This document shows positions 40,580 through 54,003 of a DNA stretch of 64,000 bases, one piece after another. Source of the DNA: Candidatus Binatia bacterium (lineage in GTDB: Bacteria > Desulfobacterota > Binatia > UBA9968 > CAXXLF01); assembly GCA_963664015.2 (NCBI GenBank), contig CAXXLF010000002.1, forward strand, positions 2,048,001 through 2,112,000. Reading direction: 5' to 3'. Position numbers and translations under genes: made by a program. The stretch's first letter is position 1. The number at the start of each line of letters is the position of its first letter. The notes beneath the pieces are model-generated. The model was not told the origin of the DNA. It saw nothing but the letters and a program-made list of their open reading frames with translations, and did no database searches.

Positions 40580-41144
40580 TCCCTACCCGCCGTGGACGGT
40601 GGTTTGTAGAAGAGTAAGGTGCCGTTCTTGATGGTCTCGGATATTCCCTGGAGCCCTATGAGAACAAATCCCACCGGGATCACGGCATTCAATAGAAAAC
40701 GAGCAGGCATCCCTCCGGGATTCGGAGATCCTTCCAAGACTTACCAGGAGTGGATGACGAAGGGAAGCGAGGCCTCGATCACGAGGAAACAGGTGGGGAA
40801 GAGAAAAAGGAGGGTGAAGATCAAATTCACCCATGCCTGTTTGCGCGCTGACAACCGGGAATAAACGATATCGACTCGGACATGCCCGCCCTTGAGGTGA
40901 GTGTATCCTGCCGCCATCAGGAAGATGACAGCGAACAGATGCCACTCAAGCTCCTGGATGACAACTAAACTGACGCTAAAAACGTAGCGTAGAGTCACGT
41001 CGGTAACCGTGACGACCACCAGGAGGAACGTCAGCCAAGCGGTGGCTCGCCCCACGAAGCCGTTGAGGCGGTCGATCCGGTGGATTAAGGGGGTTGAGGA
41101 ATGTCCCGTATCCGGGTTTGTTGGGGGGAGATCCGAGTGATCCA

Positions 41145-41145
<1 letters not shown>
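40573..41145 (-). pseudogene. dctQ: TRAP transporter small permease (DctQ), degraded
   Basis: QELEWHLF, GGHVRVDIVY, premature TAA at 40741-40743, then EGSPNP and a frameshifted GGMPARFLL...LQGISE. Confidence 0.85.
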
Positions 41146-43187
<2,042 letters not shown>

Positions 43188-43409
43188 TCAGCGGTAGAAA
43201 CGACGGTGAGCAATCTGAATGCAGGGAGTTCAACAATTAAGGAAAAACTAGCATAAACGGTCAAGTAGATGAAATCATATTCTAATAGTGGTCATTAGGA
43301 TGAGCATCAGCGGATAAGGGCATCAAGCGAATTATTTATGGTTGTGAATGTCCTGGATCAAGGGAATGAGGCCCGGGTGGGCGCCTAGCTTTTTCAGCTC
43401 CAATCGGAG

Positions 43410-44262
43410 TCACCGGGTGTGAAGCGGACCCTTTTCGGTAACCACTGCGGTTAGCTGGGAAAGGGGAGTGATATCGAAATACTGATTGACGACTTTCAGT
43501 CCTTTGGGGGGGGCGAGGGAGAATCTCTGCCGGTGATTTTTCCAGGAAGCCCTAATCCAGCGGGACACCGCCAGGGAGAAATTTTTCCGACCCAGGCAAG
43601 GCGTAAAAGGGAATGGCATATTGCCTGGCTACGATGGCCAGTCCCGATAATGAGATAGCGTCAGCACCGACCAGAACCATGGCCACTCTTTTCTTGGGCG
43701 TTTCAGGGGTTGCCAAGAGGGATGGGGCAATCGAGTCCGTTGTCAAGGTGGTCGGAATCCCTCGTCGGGTCAAAATCCGTGCCAGTTGGACGCCTTAATA
43801 GACGGGACGGGACTCGTCGCAGATCACGGAGAAGCGCTTCCTCCTCGCCCAACAGTACAGTAGGGCTTCGCGCACCGAACGGCTCGCCGAGTGGGTAACC
43901 ACGGTATCGTTGCGTTTGATGAGTTTGAAGAGCTGCTCTGAGATGCGCTGATTGTGCTCTTCCATGTCCCGGACGAAAGACCGGCACGCTTGACGGATTC
44001 CCACGGTAGCTTGCGTACCGGAGGAAGCTTGATCCAGTTGGGCTAGAATCCGTGCGAACAGATGATAGAGCGAGGCCATCGCTGGCTGCGCCTGAATGAT
44101 AGTTCCAGCGGTTTCACGAATGACTCTCCTGAGCTCTCTGGGGGCGAGGTAAGGCTTTCCCCGAACAAGCTGACAAATTACAGCCGCCGTTTTGCCGGTA
44201 ATCTCTTGAGAGCCGGAGAGGTTGTCCAGAATGATGTCTCGGGTTTGTGCGTTGATTCCCAT
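43410..44262 (-). pseudogene. eIF-2B/ribose-1,5-bisphosphate isomerase-like protein, degraded
   Basis: DNLSGS, AQPAMASL, THSASRSV, ESRPVY*GVQLA (stop at 43795-43797), LVGADA, NQYFDITP, VVTEKG across frames. Confidence 0.8.
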
Positions 44263-44420
44263 AGGGCGTTCCAAGGGCTGTCCTTCTGAAGAACGTGCCA
44301 AAAAACCACGCCGTAACCGCTTCATCCGCTAATCATACAGGTGGCTTTAAGGAAAGGGAGGCGACGGCTTTGACTAGAAGCGTTGACCGTCTTAGGGCAG
44401 TATGTTACCTATTAAAAAGT

Positions 44421-46166
44421 ATGGGTTTTCTGATCCTGATTGTATTCTTGGGGCTCGCACTATCTAGCGGTTGCACGGTGCCCGGTTCGCCCGATAGGAC
44501 AAAAAATTTAAGTTCCCAATCTCAGAGCGCATTCTTCGGTCAGTCGCAGCCTGAAGTCTCGTCGGAAGCTAAAGCACAGGCGCATTTTATCATGGGGCAA
44601 CTCCACCTGGTAGATGGAGAGCTCAAAGAGGCCATCGAGCAATACGATTCAGCAGTTAAGTTTGACCAATCGGATCCCTATTTAAGACTTAAACTTGCTA
44701 CTCTTTACCTCCGCAACGGCAATCTCCCGGAAGCCCTGAAAGAAGCTGAGGAGGCCGCACGTCTTCGGCCCAAGCTGCTATTGGCCCGTCAGCTTCTGGC
44801 CGGGCTTTATACGGCCATTGGAAAGGACCCTGAGGGCATCCAAGAGTATCAGAAGGTCCTTGAACTCGACGGCGATAATCAAGAGGCCCTCTTGTTTTTA
44901 GGGGCGCTTTACCTCAAGGCGAAAGACTATCAAGCCGCCACTAAGAATCTCGATCGGCTCCTTGTGCTAAAACCCAGATCCATCCTGGCCTCTTCTTATT
45001 TGGGAAGAGTCCAGGCGGAGCAGAGCCGCTTTCAAGAGGCGGAGGGAACCTATCTGAAAGCGCTGGAATTAAATCCAAGATCACAAGCGATTCTGGCTGA
45101 CCTGGCGCTAGTATACGAACTCCAGGGTAAAACCGAGCAGGCCACGCGACATTACAAGAGCCTGCTGGAAGCTAATCCCTCCCATGAATGGGCGCGAAAA
45201 CGACTGGCCGAGATCAATCTGGGCCAGAACAATCTGGATACGGCACTGGAACATTTCCAGAAACTACAGGGCCTCGAAGCCGATCCGAGCGAAACCCGAA
45301 CTAAGATTGGTTTGATCTATTACGGCCGGCACGATTTTAACAAGGCTGCCAGTGAATTCAACCTCGTTCTGGCAGGTAACCCTGCAAACCATAGGGTCCG
45401 CTATTACCTGGGTGCCAGCTACGCCCAGATGAATGAGGATGAGAGGGCCATCGAGGAATTCTCCCGCATCCCGGAAAAAAGTGAGTTCTTTACGGAGTCG
45501 CGAATTCAGCTGGCGTCTATTTACGACAAGCGTGGGCAGGTCAAGAATGCCGTGGAGGCCGTGCAAGCTGCGCTGGACAAGCAGAAGGATAAAAACCGTA
45601 AAGAGCTTCTCAACCTCTTGGCCTCCCTTTATCACAAGGCCAAGGACTATCCGAAGGCCATCGAAACCGTGAAGGAAGTGATTGACCTGGATCCGCGTAA
45701 CGATCAGGCCCATTTCCGGCTAGGCGCTCTATATGACGAGAGCAAGGATAAAGACAAGACTATTGAATATATGAAGAAGGCTATCGAACTCCAGCCGAAG
45801 AACGCGGCGGCCTTGAACTATCTGGGATACACCTATGCCGAATTGGGGATCCATCTGGACCAGGCAGAAGAGTTGGTCGTCAAGGCGCTGAAAATCGAAC
45901 CTAACGATGGTTTTTACATTGATAGCCTCGGTTGGGTCTATTACCAGAAAGGCGACTACGGGCGCGCGGTGGAACAATTGGAGCGGGCAGTGGATCTAGT
46001 CATTGATGATCCGACGATAATCGAACACCTGGGGGACGCCTACGAGAAGGTTGGAAAACCGGAACATGCCCTCAAACGTTATCGGGATAGCCTTAAGGCA
46101 TCCAAGGAAGAAGATCAGGTGCAAAGATTACAACGGAAGATCCGCCGCCTGGAGAAAGGCATTTGA
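44421..46166 (+). CDS. Large TPR lipoprotein
   Basis: LSSGC lipobox, many TPRs, ALNYLGYTYAE, YIDSLGWVYY, EHLGDAY. Confidence 0.88.
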   Translation: MGFLILIVFLGLALSSGCTVPGSPDRTKNLSSQSQSAFFGQSQPEVSSEAKAQAHFIMGQLHLVDGELKEAIEQYDSAVKFDQSDPYLRLKLATLYLRNGNLPEALKEAEEAARLRPKLLLARQLLAGLYTAIGKDPEGIQEYQKVLELDGDNQEALLFLGALYLKAKDYQAATKNLDRLLVLKPRSILASSYLGRVQAEQSRFQEAEGTYLKALELNPRSQAILADLALVYELQGKTEQATRHYKSLLEANPSHEWARKRLAEINLGQNNLDTALEHFQKLQGLEADPSETRTKIGLIYYGRHDFNKAASEFNLVLAGNPANHRVRYYLGASYAQMNEDERAIEEFSRIPEKSEFFTESRIQLASIYDKRGQVKNAVEAVQAALDKQKDKNRKELLNLLASLYHKAKDYPKAIETVKEVIDLDPRNDQAHFRLGALYDESKDKDKTIEYMKKAIELQPKNAAALNYLGYTYAELGIHLDQAEELVVKALKIEPNDGFYIDSLGWVYYQKGDYGRAVEQLERAVDLVIDDPTIIEHLGDAYEKVGKPEHALKRYRDSLKASKEEDQVQRLQRKIRRLEKGI

Positions 46167-46984
46167 GACTGTCCCAGCGGTTGGGGCGATGCATCCAATT
46201 ACGGTGCGCATCAGCTTTGCTCACTGTATCTTTGGTACTGGGAGGCTGCGCCGCCCTGCAGCGAACCGCCACCCGTCCTGACCCTGCCCTCACGAAGAGC
46301 CTTACAACCGATGAGCTGCTTTCGGGACTGGCACTACGAATGGAACAGATGCAGTCTCTGCGCAGCCCCTACCGCGTCTCCTATAAAGGGCAAAAGGAGA
46401 AAGGCGGATTCCACGGGGCAATTTTGGTCCATCGACCTGACCGTCTTCGTCTGGAGACCCTCTCACTAGTGGGAGCTATTTTGGTTTTAACGGCCGACGG
46501 TGATCAGGTTGCGGTCTTTCTCCCAAGGGAGAAGGTTTTCTCTCGCGGTAAGAGCACCAAGGAAAATTTATTGCGTTTTACCCGGATCCCGTTGGAATTG
46601 AAAGAATTGACTTCCATTTTGCTCGGATTGCCCCCAGTGGAGTTGCAAGGGACCTGGGAGAGAGACGGGTCCGCACTGCAGCGTCGGTTGCCACGGGGCG
46701 GGCGTGAGCGTATCGATTTCGACTCGGGACTCGGGCTGCCCCTCAGGTGGGATCGCTTCTTGGCCAGTGGAAAGAACGAGCTCACGGCCTTTTTCTCCGA
46801 GTTTATTGACACCCCCATGGGTTCTTTCCCGTCGAAGATTTCACTGCAGTATCCTTCCCAGGGAAGGTCATGGGAGATCCGCTACCAAGAGCCGGACTTG
46901 AATGTGGAGATACCGCTCCCCCTGTTTGTCCAACAGAGGCCGAAGAGCGTCAGGGAAGTTCCCCTTGAGTCCTTTGGTGGTTAG
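46163..46984 (+). CDS. LolB/DUF4292-like lipoprotein
   Basis: LGGC lipobox, RPDRLRLE, FPSKI; overlaps the TPR gene by 4 nt. Confidence 0.65.
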   Translation: MRLSQRLGRCIQLRCASALLTVSLVLGGCAALQRTATRPDPALTKSLTTDELLSGLALRMEQMQSLRSPYRVSYKGQKEKGGFHGAILVHRPDRLRLETLSLVGAILVLTADGDQVAVFLPREKVFSRGKSTKENLLRFTRIPLELKELTSILLGLPPVELQGTWERDGSALQRRLPRGGRERIDFDSGLGLPLRWDRFLASGKNELTAFFSEFIDTPMGSFPSKISLQYPSQGRSWEIRYQEPDLNVEIPLPLFVQQRPKSVREVPLESFGG

Positions 46985-47032
46985 GCGGTTGGGCAGTTGG
47001 GCAGTTGGGATAGTCTCCCCCTCCTAAAAATC

Positions 47033-48769
47033 ATGGTTTGGAAGAAACTCCTGATCCTGCTTATTTTGAGCGCCACCCTGCATTCGGGGTGCGACACGCA
47101 AAAACAGCGACCGGCCAGTGAGGTTATGGGCGATTGGCTGTTGGCCCATATACTGAGCGACCCGGAACAGCTCAATCCCCTGACCAGTAACGACGCCGGA
47201 GCCAGTGCCATTCTAGGCTATGTAATTGAAAGTCTGCTGACCCGGGATCCGAGGACCCTGCAGCTCAAGCCGTTACTTGCCGCATCCCGTCCCGTAATTT
47301 CCGAAGACAAGCTTCGCTATACCTTCAAGATTCGCCATGACGTTACCTTCCAGGATGGTCGCCCTATGACCGGAGCGGACGTCCTGTTCAGCCTAAAGGC
47401 CATCAAGTGTCCGCTGGTCAATGCACCCTTTGCCCGCGTCTACTATGATTCGGTGATCGACGCGAAGCTCATCGATCCCTATACTATCCAGTTCGATACC
47501 AAAGAACCTTACTTTCTCAACGAGAGCGTGCTCGGAGGAATATCCGTCCTGCCGCGCCATTTCTACGACCCCGATGATTTGCTCAAGGACGTAACGATCA
47601 AGCAGCTAGGGGCCGATCCAAAATCACTGCCCGAACCCATCAAGCGGTTCGCCGACCAGTTCAATAAGAACTATAGCCGCAACCCCATGGGGAGTGGCCC
47701 GTACAAGTTTTTCAAGTGGAAAACCGGACAAGAGGTTATTCTCGAAAGGAACGACGCCTATTGGGGCAAGGGCAAAGAAGGAACCGACCAGCCCCATATC
47801 TATCTTTTGAGATTCCAGGTCATCAACAATACGGATGGCGCGCTGGTTAGCCTGAAGAGCGGGAGGTTGGATTTGATGAGCCTGCAGCCGCTCCAGCACC
47901 TGAAGCAGACGACGAGCAAGCGTTTTCAGAGCGAATATGAAAAGTTCATTTACTTTGCTCCTGGCTTTACCTACATCGGTTGGAACAACAAGCATTTCCT
48001 GTTCCGGGACCGGCGGGTGCGCCAAGCCATGACCTATCTGACCAACCGGGTACAGTTGGTTGAGACAGTGCTATCCGGTCTCGGACAGGTTGTGGATAGC
48101 CCGATTTATTATTTTCGACCCGAATATGATAAGAGTCTTAAAAGTTATCCCTTCGATCCGCCAAAGGCCCTGGCCCTATTGACGGAAGCCGGATGGAAGG
48201 ACACTGACGGCGATGGAATCCTGGATAAGATAATCGATGGCGAGCGCGTGCCCTTTCGCTTTGAGCTCAAGTTTAACTCTGGCAACTCGATCCGAAGAAG
48301 TGTGGCGTTGGCCCTCCAGGACGAGCTCAAAAAGCACGGGATCGCTGTAACCGTGCGTCAATTGGACTGGACAATATTTTTGGACGATGTGAGGCACCAC
48401 AAATTCGATGCTATGATCCTGGGCTGGGCCATGAGCGTCAACGAGCCCGACGCCTTCCAGGTATGGCACTCGTCTCAGGCCGCTAACAAAGGCTCCAACA
48501 TGATCAGCTTCAAGAACCAACGGGTTGACCAGATCCTGGAAGAGTACCGGCAGGAATTTGATCCCGTCAAAAGGATCGAATTATACCGCGAGTTCCAGCA
48601 AATTCTACATGCGGAGCAGCCCTATACCTTTCTCTTTATCGGCAAGTCCATATCCGCGGTCCACAGGCGCTTTCAAAATGTGGAAGTCCTGCCCGCCGGG
48701 GGACTCAAGCTTATCGAATGGTGGGTCCGTCCTGAGGACCAGAAATACCGGAGTCATCCGACACCCTAG
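47033..48769 (+). CDS. Peptide/nickel ABC transporter substrate-binding lipoprotein (family 5)
   Basis: LHSGC lipobox, DPEQLNPL, FQDGRPMTGADV, PMGSGPYKF, VRQAMTY. Confidence 0.92.
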   Translation: MVWKKLLILLILSATLHSGCDTQKQRPASEVMGDWLLAHILSDPEQLNPLTSNDAGASAILGYVIESLLTRDPRTLQLKPLLAASRPVISEDKLRYTFKIRHDVTFQDGRPMTGADVLFSLKAIKCPLVNAPFARVYYDSVIDAKLIDPYTIQFDTKEPYFLNESVLGGISVLPRHFYDPDDLLKDVTIKQLGADPKSLPEPIKRFADQFNKNYSRNPMGSGPYKFFKWKTGQEVILERNDAYWGKGKEGTDQPHIYLLRFQVINNTDGALVSLKSGRLDLMSLQPLQHLKQTTSKRFQSEYEKFIYFAPGFTYIGWNNKHFLFRDRRVRQAMTYLTNRVQLVETVLSGLGQVVDSPIYYFRPEYDKSLKSYPFDPPKALALLTEAGWKDTDGDGILDKIIDGERVPFRFELKFNSGNSIRRSVALALQDELKKHGIAVTVRQLDWTIFLDDVRHHKFDAMILGWAMSVNEPDAFQVWHSSQAANKGSNMISFKNQRVDQILEEYRQEFDPVKRIELYREFQQILHAEQPYTFLFIGKSISAVHRRFQNVEVLPAGGLKLIEWWVRPEDQKYRSHPTP

Positions 48770-48781
48770 CGGGGGCCGACC

Positions 48782-49813
48782 ATGTGGCGCTATATAATTC
48801 AGCGCTTGTTCCTCTTTATCCCTACCTTTTTGGGTATTACGCTCATTGGTTTTCTAATCATGCGTCTCGCACCCGGAGATCCGGCCGAACTGTTGGCAGG
48901 GGGTGGGCTGGAGGCAGCAGGCGGCGCGGGAATTTCACTCGAAAAGAAAGGTACCGTCGATCAGGCGCTGGCCCAGTGGCGTGCCCAGTACGGTCTGGAT
49001 CGATCACTCCATGTTCAATACGGCATTTGGCTTAAGAACCTGTTCACGCTCGAATTCGGCGATTCGTTCAAAGACAATCAGCCGGTCGTAGGTAAGATAC
49101 GTGACCGGCTCCCGATAACGATCACGCTAAACGTCCTTTCGATATTTCTGGTTTACCTGATTGCCATCCCGTTGGGGATCTATTCGGCTACCCATTCGTA
49201 TTCGTTGGGGGACCAGCTTACCACACTGGCCGCCTTCATCCTGTTCTCCTTACCCGTCGTCTGGGCCGGTACCATGGCCCTCGTTTTTCTATGCGGCGGA
49301 GATTTCTTTTATATCTTCCCACCTGCAGGGCTGACGGCTATAGACTATTCACCGGACTGGCCCCTTTGGTTGAGGGTCAAGGATCGAGTCTGGCATCTCT
49401 TTATGCCCGTGGTCTTGCTGTCCTATTCGGGCTTTGCTGGCTTGTCCCGTTACATGCGCACTGGCATGCGTGAGGTTTTGGGTCAGGACTTTGTCCGCAC
49501 GGCTAGGGCCAAAGGGTTGGCCGAGCGCGTGGTCATATTCAAACATGTCTTGCGAAACTCGCTCATCCCTATGGTGACAATTCTGGCCTCGATCTTGCCC
49601 GGCTTGATCGGCGGTAGCATCATTATCGAGACGATCTTTTCGATCCCCGGATTGGGCCAGCTCGGATACCAGGCGGTGCTGGCCAGAGACTATCCGACGG
49701 TCATGGCTCTCTTTACGGTGAGCTCCATGCTGGCCCTCTTTGGTATTCTCCTTTCGGATATCCTTCTTACGGTCGTTGATCCGCGTATCGCCTTTGGGCG
49801 ACGGGAGGGTTGA
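48782..49813 (+). CDS. oppB: Peptide ABC transporter permease (OppB/DppB)
   Basis: LAPGDPA, DFVRTARAKGL, IETIFSIPGLG, RDYP, VDPRI. Confidence 0.88.
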   Translation: MWRYIIQRLFLFIPTFLGITLIGFLIMRLAPGDPAELLAGGGLEAAGGAGISLEKKGTVDQALAQWRAQYGLDRSLHVQYGIWLKNLFTLEFGDSFKDNQPVVGKIRDRLPITITLNVLSIFLVYLIAIPLGIYSATHSYSLGDQLTTLAAFILFSLPVVWAGTMALVFLCGGDFFYIFPPAGLTAIDYSPDWPLWLRVKDRVWHLFMPVVLLSYSGFAGLSRYMRTGMREVLGQDFVRTARAKGLAERVVIFKHVLRNSLIPMVTILASILPGLIGGSIIIETIFSIPGLGQLGYQAVLARDYPTVMALFTVSSMLALFGILLSDILLTVVDPRIAFGRREG

Positions 49814-49816
49814 GCG

Positions 49817-50845
49817 TTGGCTTCGGAACCAGGAGTCGTCAGGTTTGGCGAGGGATATTGGGCCATTGTCTGGCGGCAGTTCATGAGAAACCGTCTTGCC
49901 GCCGTGGGGCTGTACGTAGTGATGGGACTCTTCGTGGTGGCCCTTTTCGCCGATTTTTTGGCCAACGATAAGCCTTACTATATGCGCTACCAGGGCCGGA
50001 GCTATTTCCCGATTCTTCGCAGTTATCTTGTCGATATCGGTGTCGCCAAGTGGCAGCCCGAACTCCTCAATGTGAATTTCAAACAACTCGGGAGTGATTG
50101 GAGTCTATTCCCTCCCATTTCCTATCGATCGACGAACATCGACCTGAAGTCCCCTTTTAGCAATCCTTCGGGGGAGCACTGGCTCGGGACGGATAAACTG
50201 GGGCGTGATGTGATGGCCGGAATTATTCACGGGTCTCGGGTTTCCCTATTCATCGGTTTCGTGGCCGTGGGGATTTCTATGTTTATCGGTATCGTCCTCG
50301 GGGCCCTGGCAGGGTTTTTTGGTTCTTGGGTGGATCTGGCGATTTCCAGGTTATTCGAGCTCATGATGGCGATACCTACTTTTTTTCTCCTTATTACTAT
50401 TGCGGCCCTGTTGCCGCCCAGCATCTTTCTGACTATGACGGTTATCGGGTTGACGAGTTGGGTGGGTATTGCGCGGTTTACACGAAACGAGTTCTTAAGA
50501 ATTCGTGGTTTGGATTATGTTACGGCGGCTATTGCACTGGGGGTCTCTAACCGCCAGGTCATGTTCCGTCACATTTTGCCCAATGCTCTGGCCCCCGTCA
50601 TGGTGTCTGTGGTCCTGGGCGTCGCAGCGGCTATCCTGGTTGAGTCGAGTCTGAGCTTCCTCGGTATCGGTGTGCCCGCCGATCTGGTTACCTGGGGCTC
50701 GATCCTCAATGAGGCGCGCAGTAACTCCTTTGCGTGGTGGCTGGCGGTCTTTCCGGGGGTGGCAATCTTTATAACCGTTTTAGCCTATTATCTGGTCGGC
50801 GAGGGATTGCGCGACGCCCTAGACCCGAAATTGCGGGGTTTGTGA
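49817..50845 (+). CDS. oppC: Peptide ABC transporter permease (OppC/DppC)
   Basis: HWLGTDKLGRD, HILPN, ESSLSFLG, GEGLRDALDP. Confidence 0.88.
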   Translation: MASEPGVVRFGEGYWAIVWRQFMRNRLAAVGLYVVMGLFVVALFADFLANDKPYYMRYQGRSYFPILRSYLVDIGVAKWQPELLNVNFKQLGSDWSLFPPISYRSTNIDLKSPFSNPSGEHWLGTDKLGRDVMAGIIHGSRVSLFIGFVAVGISMFIGIVLGALAGFFGSWVDLAISRLFELMMAIPTFFLLITIAALLPPSIFLTMTVIGLTSWVGIARFTRNEFLRIRGLDYVTAAIALGVSNRQVMFRHILPNALAPVMVSVVLGVAAAILVESSLSFLGIGVPADLVTWGSILNEARSNSFAWWLAVFPGVAIFITVLAYYLVGEGLRDALDPKLRGL

Positions 50846-50920
50846 GGATTGCGTCGGGGATTGTGTTGGAATTGAGAATGGGCGAGATTTCTGATTGCTG
50901 ATAATTGATCGCTGGGAGTT

Positions 50921-51886
50921 ATGGCAGCTTTGATCCAAGTCAAGAACCTTCGTACGTCGTTTTTCACACCGGAAGGCGAAGTCTGCGCCGTGGACGATGT
51001 GAGTTTCGAAATCGAAGAAGGCAGGACCCTGGGCCTGGTGGGGGAGTCTGGCTGCGGCAAGAGTGTTACCGCCCTTTCCATCTTGCGTCTCATCCCTTCG
51101 CCTCCCGGTAGGGTGGTTGGTGGAGAGGTGATATTTCGCGACCGCGATTTGCTTGGCTTGAGCAGTGAGGAGATGCGCCGGGTCCGGGGCAACGATATTT
51201 CCATGGTCTTTCAGGAACCCATGACCTCGTTGAATCCGGTGTTCACCGTTGGTAACCAGATCATAGAGGCCATACGTTTGCACCAGGGCTTGGGCAAGCA
51301 AGAGGCTCGGGTTCGGGCGGTTGAAATGCTCCGGCTGGTCAAAATCGCCGATCCCGAAGCCCGGGTGGATGTCTACCCGCATCAACTGAGCGGAGGGATG
51401 CGCCAGAGGGTGATGATCGCCATGGCCCTTTCCTGTAACCCCAAACTCCTCATTGCCGACGAACCTACCACGGCCCTGGATGTGACCATCCAGGCCCAGA
51501 TTCTCGACCTCATGAAAGAGCTGCAAGAAAGACTGGGCATGGCCCTGTTGCTCATTACCCATGACCTGGGGGTCGTGGCCGAACAGGCCGATGAAGTGGC
51601 CATCATGTATGCCGGTAAGATAGTAGAACAGGCTCGTCCAGACGTGATCTTCTCCCAACCCCTTCATCCCTACACCTTGGGCTTGTTGAACTCGGTTCCG
51701 GGGATTAGCGGAGAGAAGAAAAAACGGTTGGAGGCGATTCCCGGTGTAGTTCCTAACCTGTTGGAGTTGCCTGGAGGATGCCGGTTCCGTGATCGATGCC
51801 CCAGGGCAGCAGACGTTTGTGCCGAGGGGGAGCCCGAACTGGTGGAAAAGGATAAGGGCCGCACTGTGGCCTGTTTTATGGCATAA
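50921..51886 (+). CDS. oppD: Peptide ABC transporter ATPase (OppD/DppD)
   Basis: [43 protein letters not shown]. Confidence 0.9.
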   Translation: MAALIQVKNLRTSFFTPEGEVCAVDDVSFEIEEGRTLGLVGESGCGKSVTALSILRLIPSPPGRVVGGEVIFRDRDLLGLSSEEMRRVRGNDISMVFQEPMTSLNPVFTVGNQIIEAIRLHQGLGKQEARVRAVEMLRLVKIADPEARVDVYPHQLSGGMRQRVMIAMALSCNPKLLIADEPTTALDVTIQAQILDLMKELQERLGMALLLITHDLGVVAEQADEVAIMYAGKIVEQARPDVIFSQPLHPYTLGLLNSVPGISGEKKKRLEAIPGVVPNLLELPGGCRFRDRCPRAADVCAEGEPELVEKDKGRTVACFMA

Positions 51887-52020
51887 AGGCTATCAGCTAT
51901 TAGCTGTCAGCCATTAGCCAGAATCGAGTACTTCTGTTCGGAACGGAATACTGACGGGTTAAAACTAGCCGAAGATATCTGAGAATCTCGGTTAACTTTT
52001 GAATCACGGGATTGGGAACA

Positions 52021-52148
52021 AGATGAATCGCGTGAATACGCAAAGCACGCCAAGTTTGGAGAAATCCGGAAAATATTTCCCTTTGCGCCTTGGCGCGATA
52101 AACTCTGTTGAAGTCCTTCTGTTGATCGTTCTATCGGTAAGTATCTAA
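52021..52148 (+). repeat. Intergenic element family B, copy without the nested insert
   Basis: ACGCAAAGCACGCCAAG...CTTTGCGCCTTGGCGCGATAAACTCTGTTGAAG...TTCTATCGGT. Confidence 0.8.
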
Positions 52149-52163
52149 TAGTTGGGTTTCATC

Positions 52164-53144
52164 ATGAGTCTCCTCGAGATCAAAAATCTAAAAAAGTATT
52201 TCCCCCTGGGTAGAGGGTGGCTATCCCGGCGTGTGGATGACGTCAAGGCTGTCGATGGCGTGAGCCTTGACATCGAGGAAGGAGAGACGCTGGGTTTGGT
52301 CGGTGAATCGGGATGCGGCAAGTCGACCCTGGGGCGCAGCATCCTTCGCCTCATCGAACCAACCGAAGGCGAGGTTGTTTTCGATGGCCGGGAAATCCTG
52401 CGCTTGTCCCCAAGCGAGATGCGCGACATGCGCAAGCAGATGCAGATAATCTTTCAGGACCCCTATAGTTCTTTAAACCCGCGCATGCGGGTCGGGGACG
52501 TCGTGGGAGAGGGCCTGGAGATCTATGGAATCGCCCGGGGAAGGGCCAAGACGGATCGTGTCATAGAGATTTTGCGCCAGGTGGGTCTCAGGGCAGAGCA
52601 CTACGACCGGTACCCGCATGAGTTTAGCGGCGGGCAACGTCAGCGAATCGGTATTGCTCGCGCCCTGGCAGTCCATCCCAAGTTTATTGTTGCCGATGAG
52701 CCCGTATCCTCGCTGGACGTATCGATTCAGGCTCAAATCATCAACCTCTTGCAGGAACTGCAGGAGACCCTGCACCTCACCTACCTGTTTATTTCCCACG
52801 ATCTGAGGATGGTCGAACAGGTTAGTCACCGGGTTGCGATCATGTACCTGGGAAAGCTGGTTGAGGTGGCACCGACAGAAACCATCTACCGGGAGGCCAA
52901 GCACCCCTATACCCGGGCCCTTCTCTCCGCTGTGCCCGTAACCGATAAGGCGCAAAAAAAAGATAGGATAGTTCTCGAGGGCGATGTTCCCAGCCCTCTG
53001 AATCCCCCTTCAGGGTGCAGTTTTCACCCTCGGTGTCCCTTCCGGGAGAGGATCTGTACGGAGATCGAGCCGCAACTCGAATCCGATGCTAACGGCCAAA
53101 GTGTGGCCTGCCATGTATTCGGCCCGAGCAAAGGCAAGGGATAG
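52164..53144 (+). CDS. oppF: Peptide ABC transporter ATPase (OppF/DppF)
   Basis: [54 protein letters not shown]. Confidence 0.9.
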   Translation: MSLLEIKNLKKYFPLGRGWLSRRVDDVKAVDGVSLDIEEGETLGLVGESGCGKSTLGRSILRLIEPTEGEVVFDGREILRLSPSEMRDMRKQMQIIFQDPYSSLNPRMRVGDVVGEGLEIYGIARGRAKTDRVIEILRQVGLRAEHYDRYPHEFSGGQRQRIGIARALAVHPKFIVADEPVSSLDVSIQAQIINLLQELQETLHLTYLFISHDLRMVEQVSHRVAIMYLGKLVEVAPTETIYREAKHPYTRALLSAVPVTDKAQKKDRIVLEGDVPSPLNPPSGCSFHPRCPFRERICTEIEPQLESDANGQSVACHVFGPSKGKG

Positions 53145-53187
53145 TTCGCAGCGGTCCATTTGCTGTCCCGGTAGCCTCGCCACAAGG

Positions 53188-53215
53188 TTGATTTACTTGC
53201 GCCAGGTGGTAAAAT
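53188..53215 (+). promoter_or_regulatory. Putative sigma70 promoter of greA
   Basis: TTGATT, 16-nt spacer, extended -10 TGG-TAAAAT; AAGGAGG RBS downstream. Confidence 0.55.
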
Positions 53216-53274
53216 TTAAGTTCCTTAGAGTCTTTTCCCGCAATTGTAACCATTACTAAGGAGGAAACGAATCG

Positions 53275-53763
53275 ATGGCAGATCTCTCCGCTCGTGCACC
53301 CATGACCCCCAAGGGCAAGCAACGCCTCATAGATGAGCTACGCCGTTTGAAGTCCATTGAGAGGCCCAAGGTCGTCCAGGAAATTGAGGAGGCCCGAGAA
53401 CACGGGGATCTCTCCGAAAACGCCGAATTTCACGCCGCCAAAGAAAAACAATCCCTTTTGGGAGCGCAAATCAACGACATAGAAGACATGTTATCGCGGG
53501 CCGAGGTGATCGACGTCTCTAAGCTCTCCGGGGACAAGGTGGTCTTTGGGGCTACGGTTAGGCTCGCAGATGGGGATTCGGGGGAAGAGGTGGTCTATCA
53601 GATCGTTGGCGATCGTGAGTCGGAACCGAAAAACGGTAAGATTTCCGTCAGTTCGCCTATTGCCCGGTCACTTATCAGAAAATCGGTAGGCGACGAGGTT
53701 GAGGTCCGAACACCCTCGGGAGTCCGCAATTTCGAAATCCTTGACGTAGATTTTAAAGACTGA
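53275..53763 (+). CDS. greA: Transcription elongation factor GreA
   Basis: AREHGDLSENAEFHAAKE, VVFGATV, ISVSSPIARSL. Confidence 0.97.
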   Translation: MADLSARAPMTPKGKQRLIDELRRLKSIERPKVVQEIEEAREHGDLSENAEFHAAKEKQSLLGAQINDIEDMLSRAEVIDVSKLSGDKVVFGATVRLADGDSGEEVVYQIVGDRESEPKNGKISVSSPIARSLIRKSVGDEVEVRTPSGVRNFEILDVDFKD

Positions 53764-54003
53764 TTCCGATCCAAGACCAGTCGATATCCAAAAACCTTCC
53801 AACAAACCATCCTTATTGCCAGTATTGCCGGGTACGATGTTTGACTCTACGCCCTTAAGGCACTATAGGGGTTATTCGGGTAGAAAGCCGTGCGGGGAAG
53901 ATTGCGTGCTATGGAGTGTGTATTCAGCCCACTAGGCAGATTTGTCACATACGATCGGGGCTAGACTTTTTTCCCCATCCCGCCGCTCTTCTATAAGAGA
54001 ATC

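Noticed and set aside
46988-47009. Tandem GTTGGGCA repeat before the peptide-binding protein gene
   Set aside because: Fewer than three units; too short to support a function.
50819-51667. Long antisense or alternate-frame ORFs (also 28637-29326, 35547-36236, 37819-38457, 49349-50086, 3481-4065)
   Set aside because: Shadows of well-supported genes in GC-rich DNA, with no motifs of their own.
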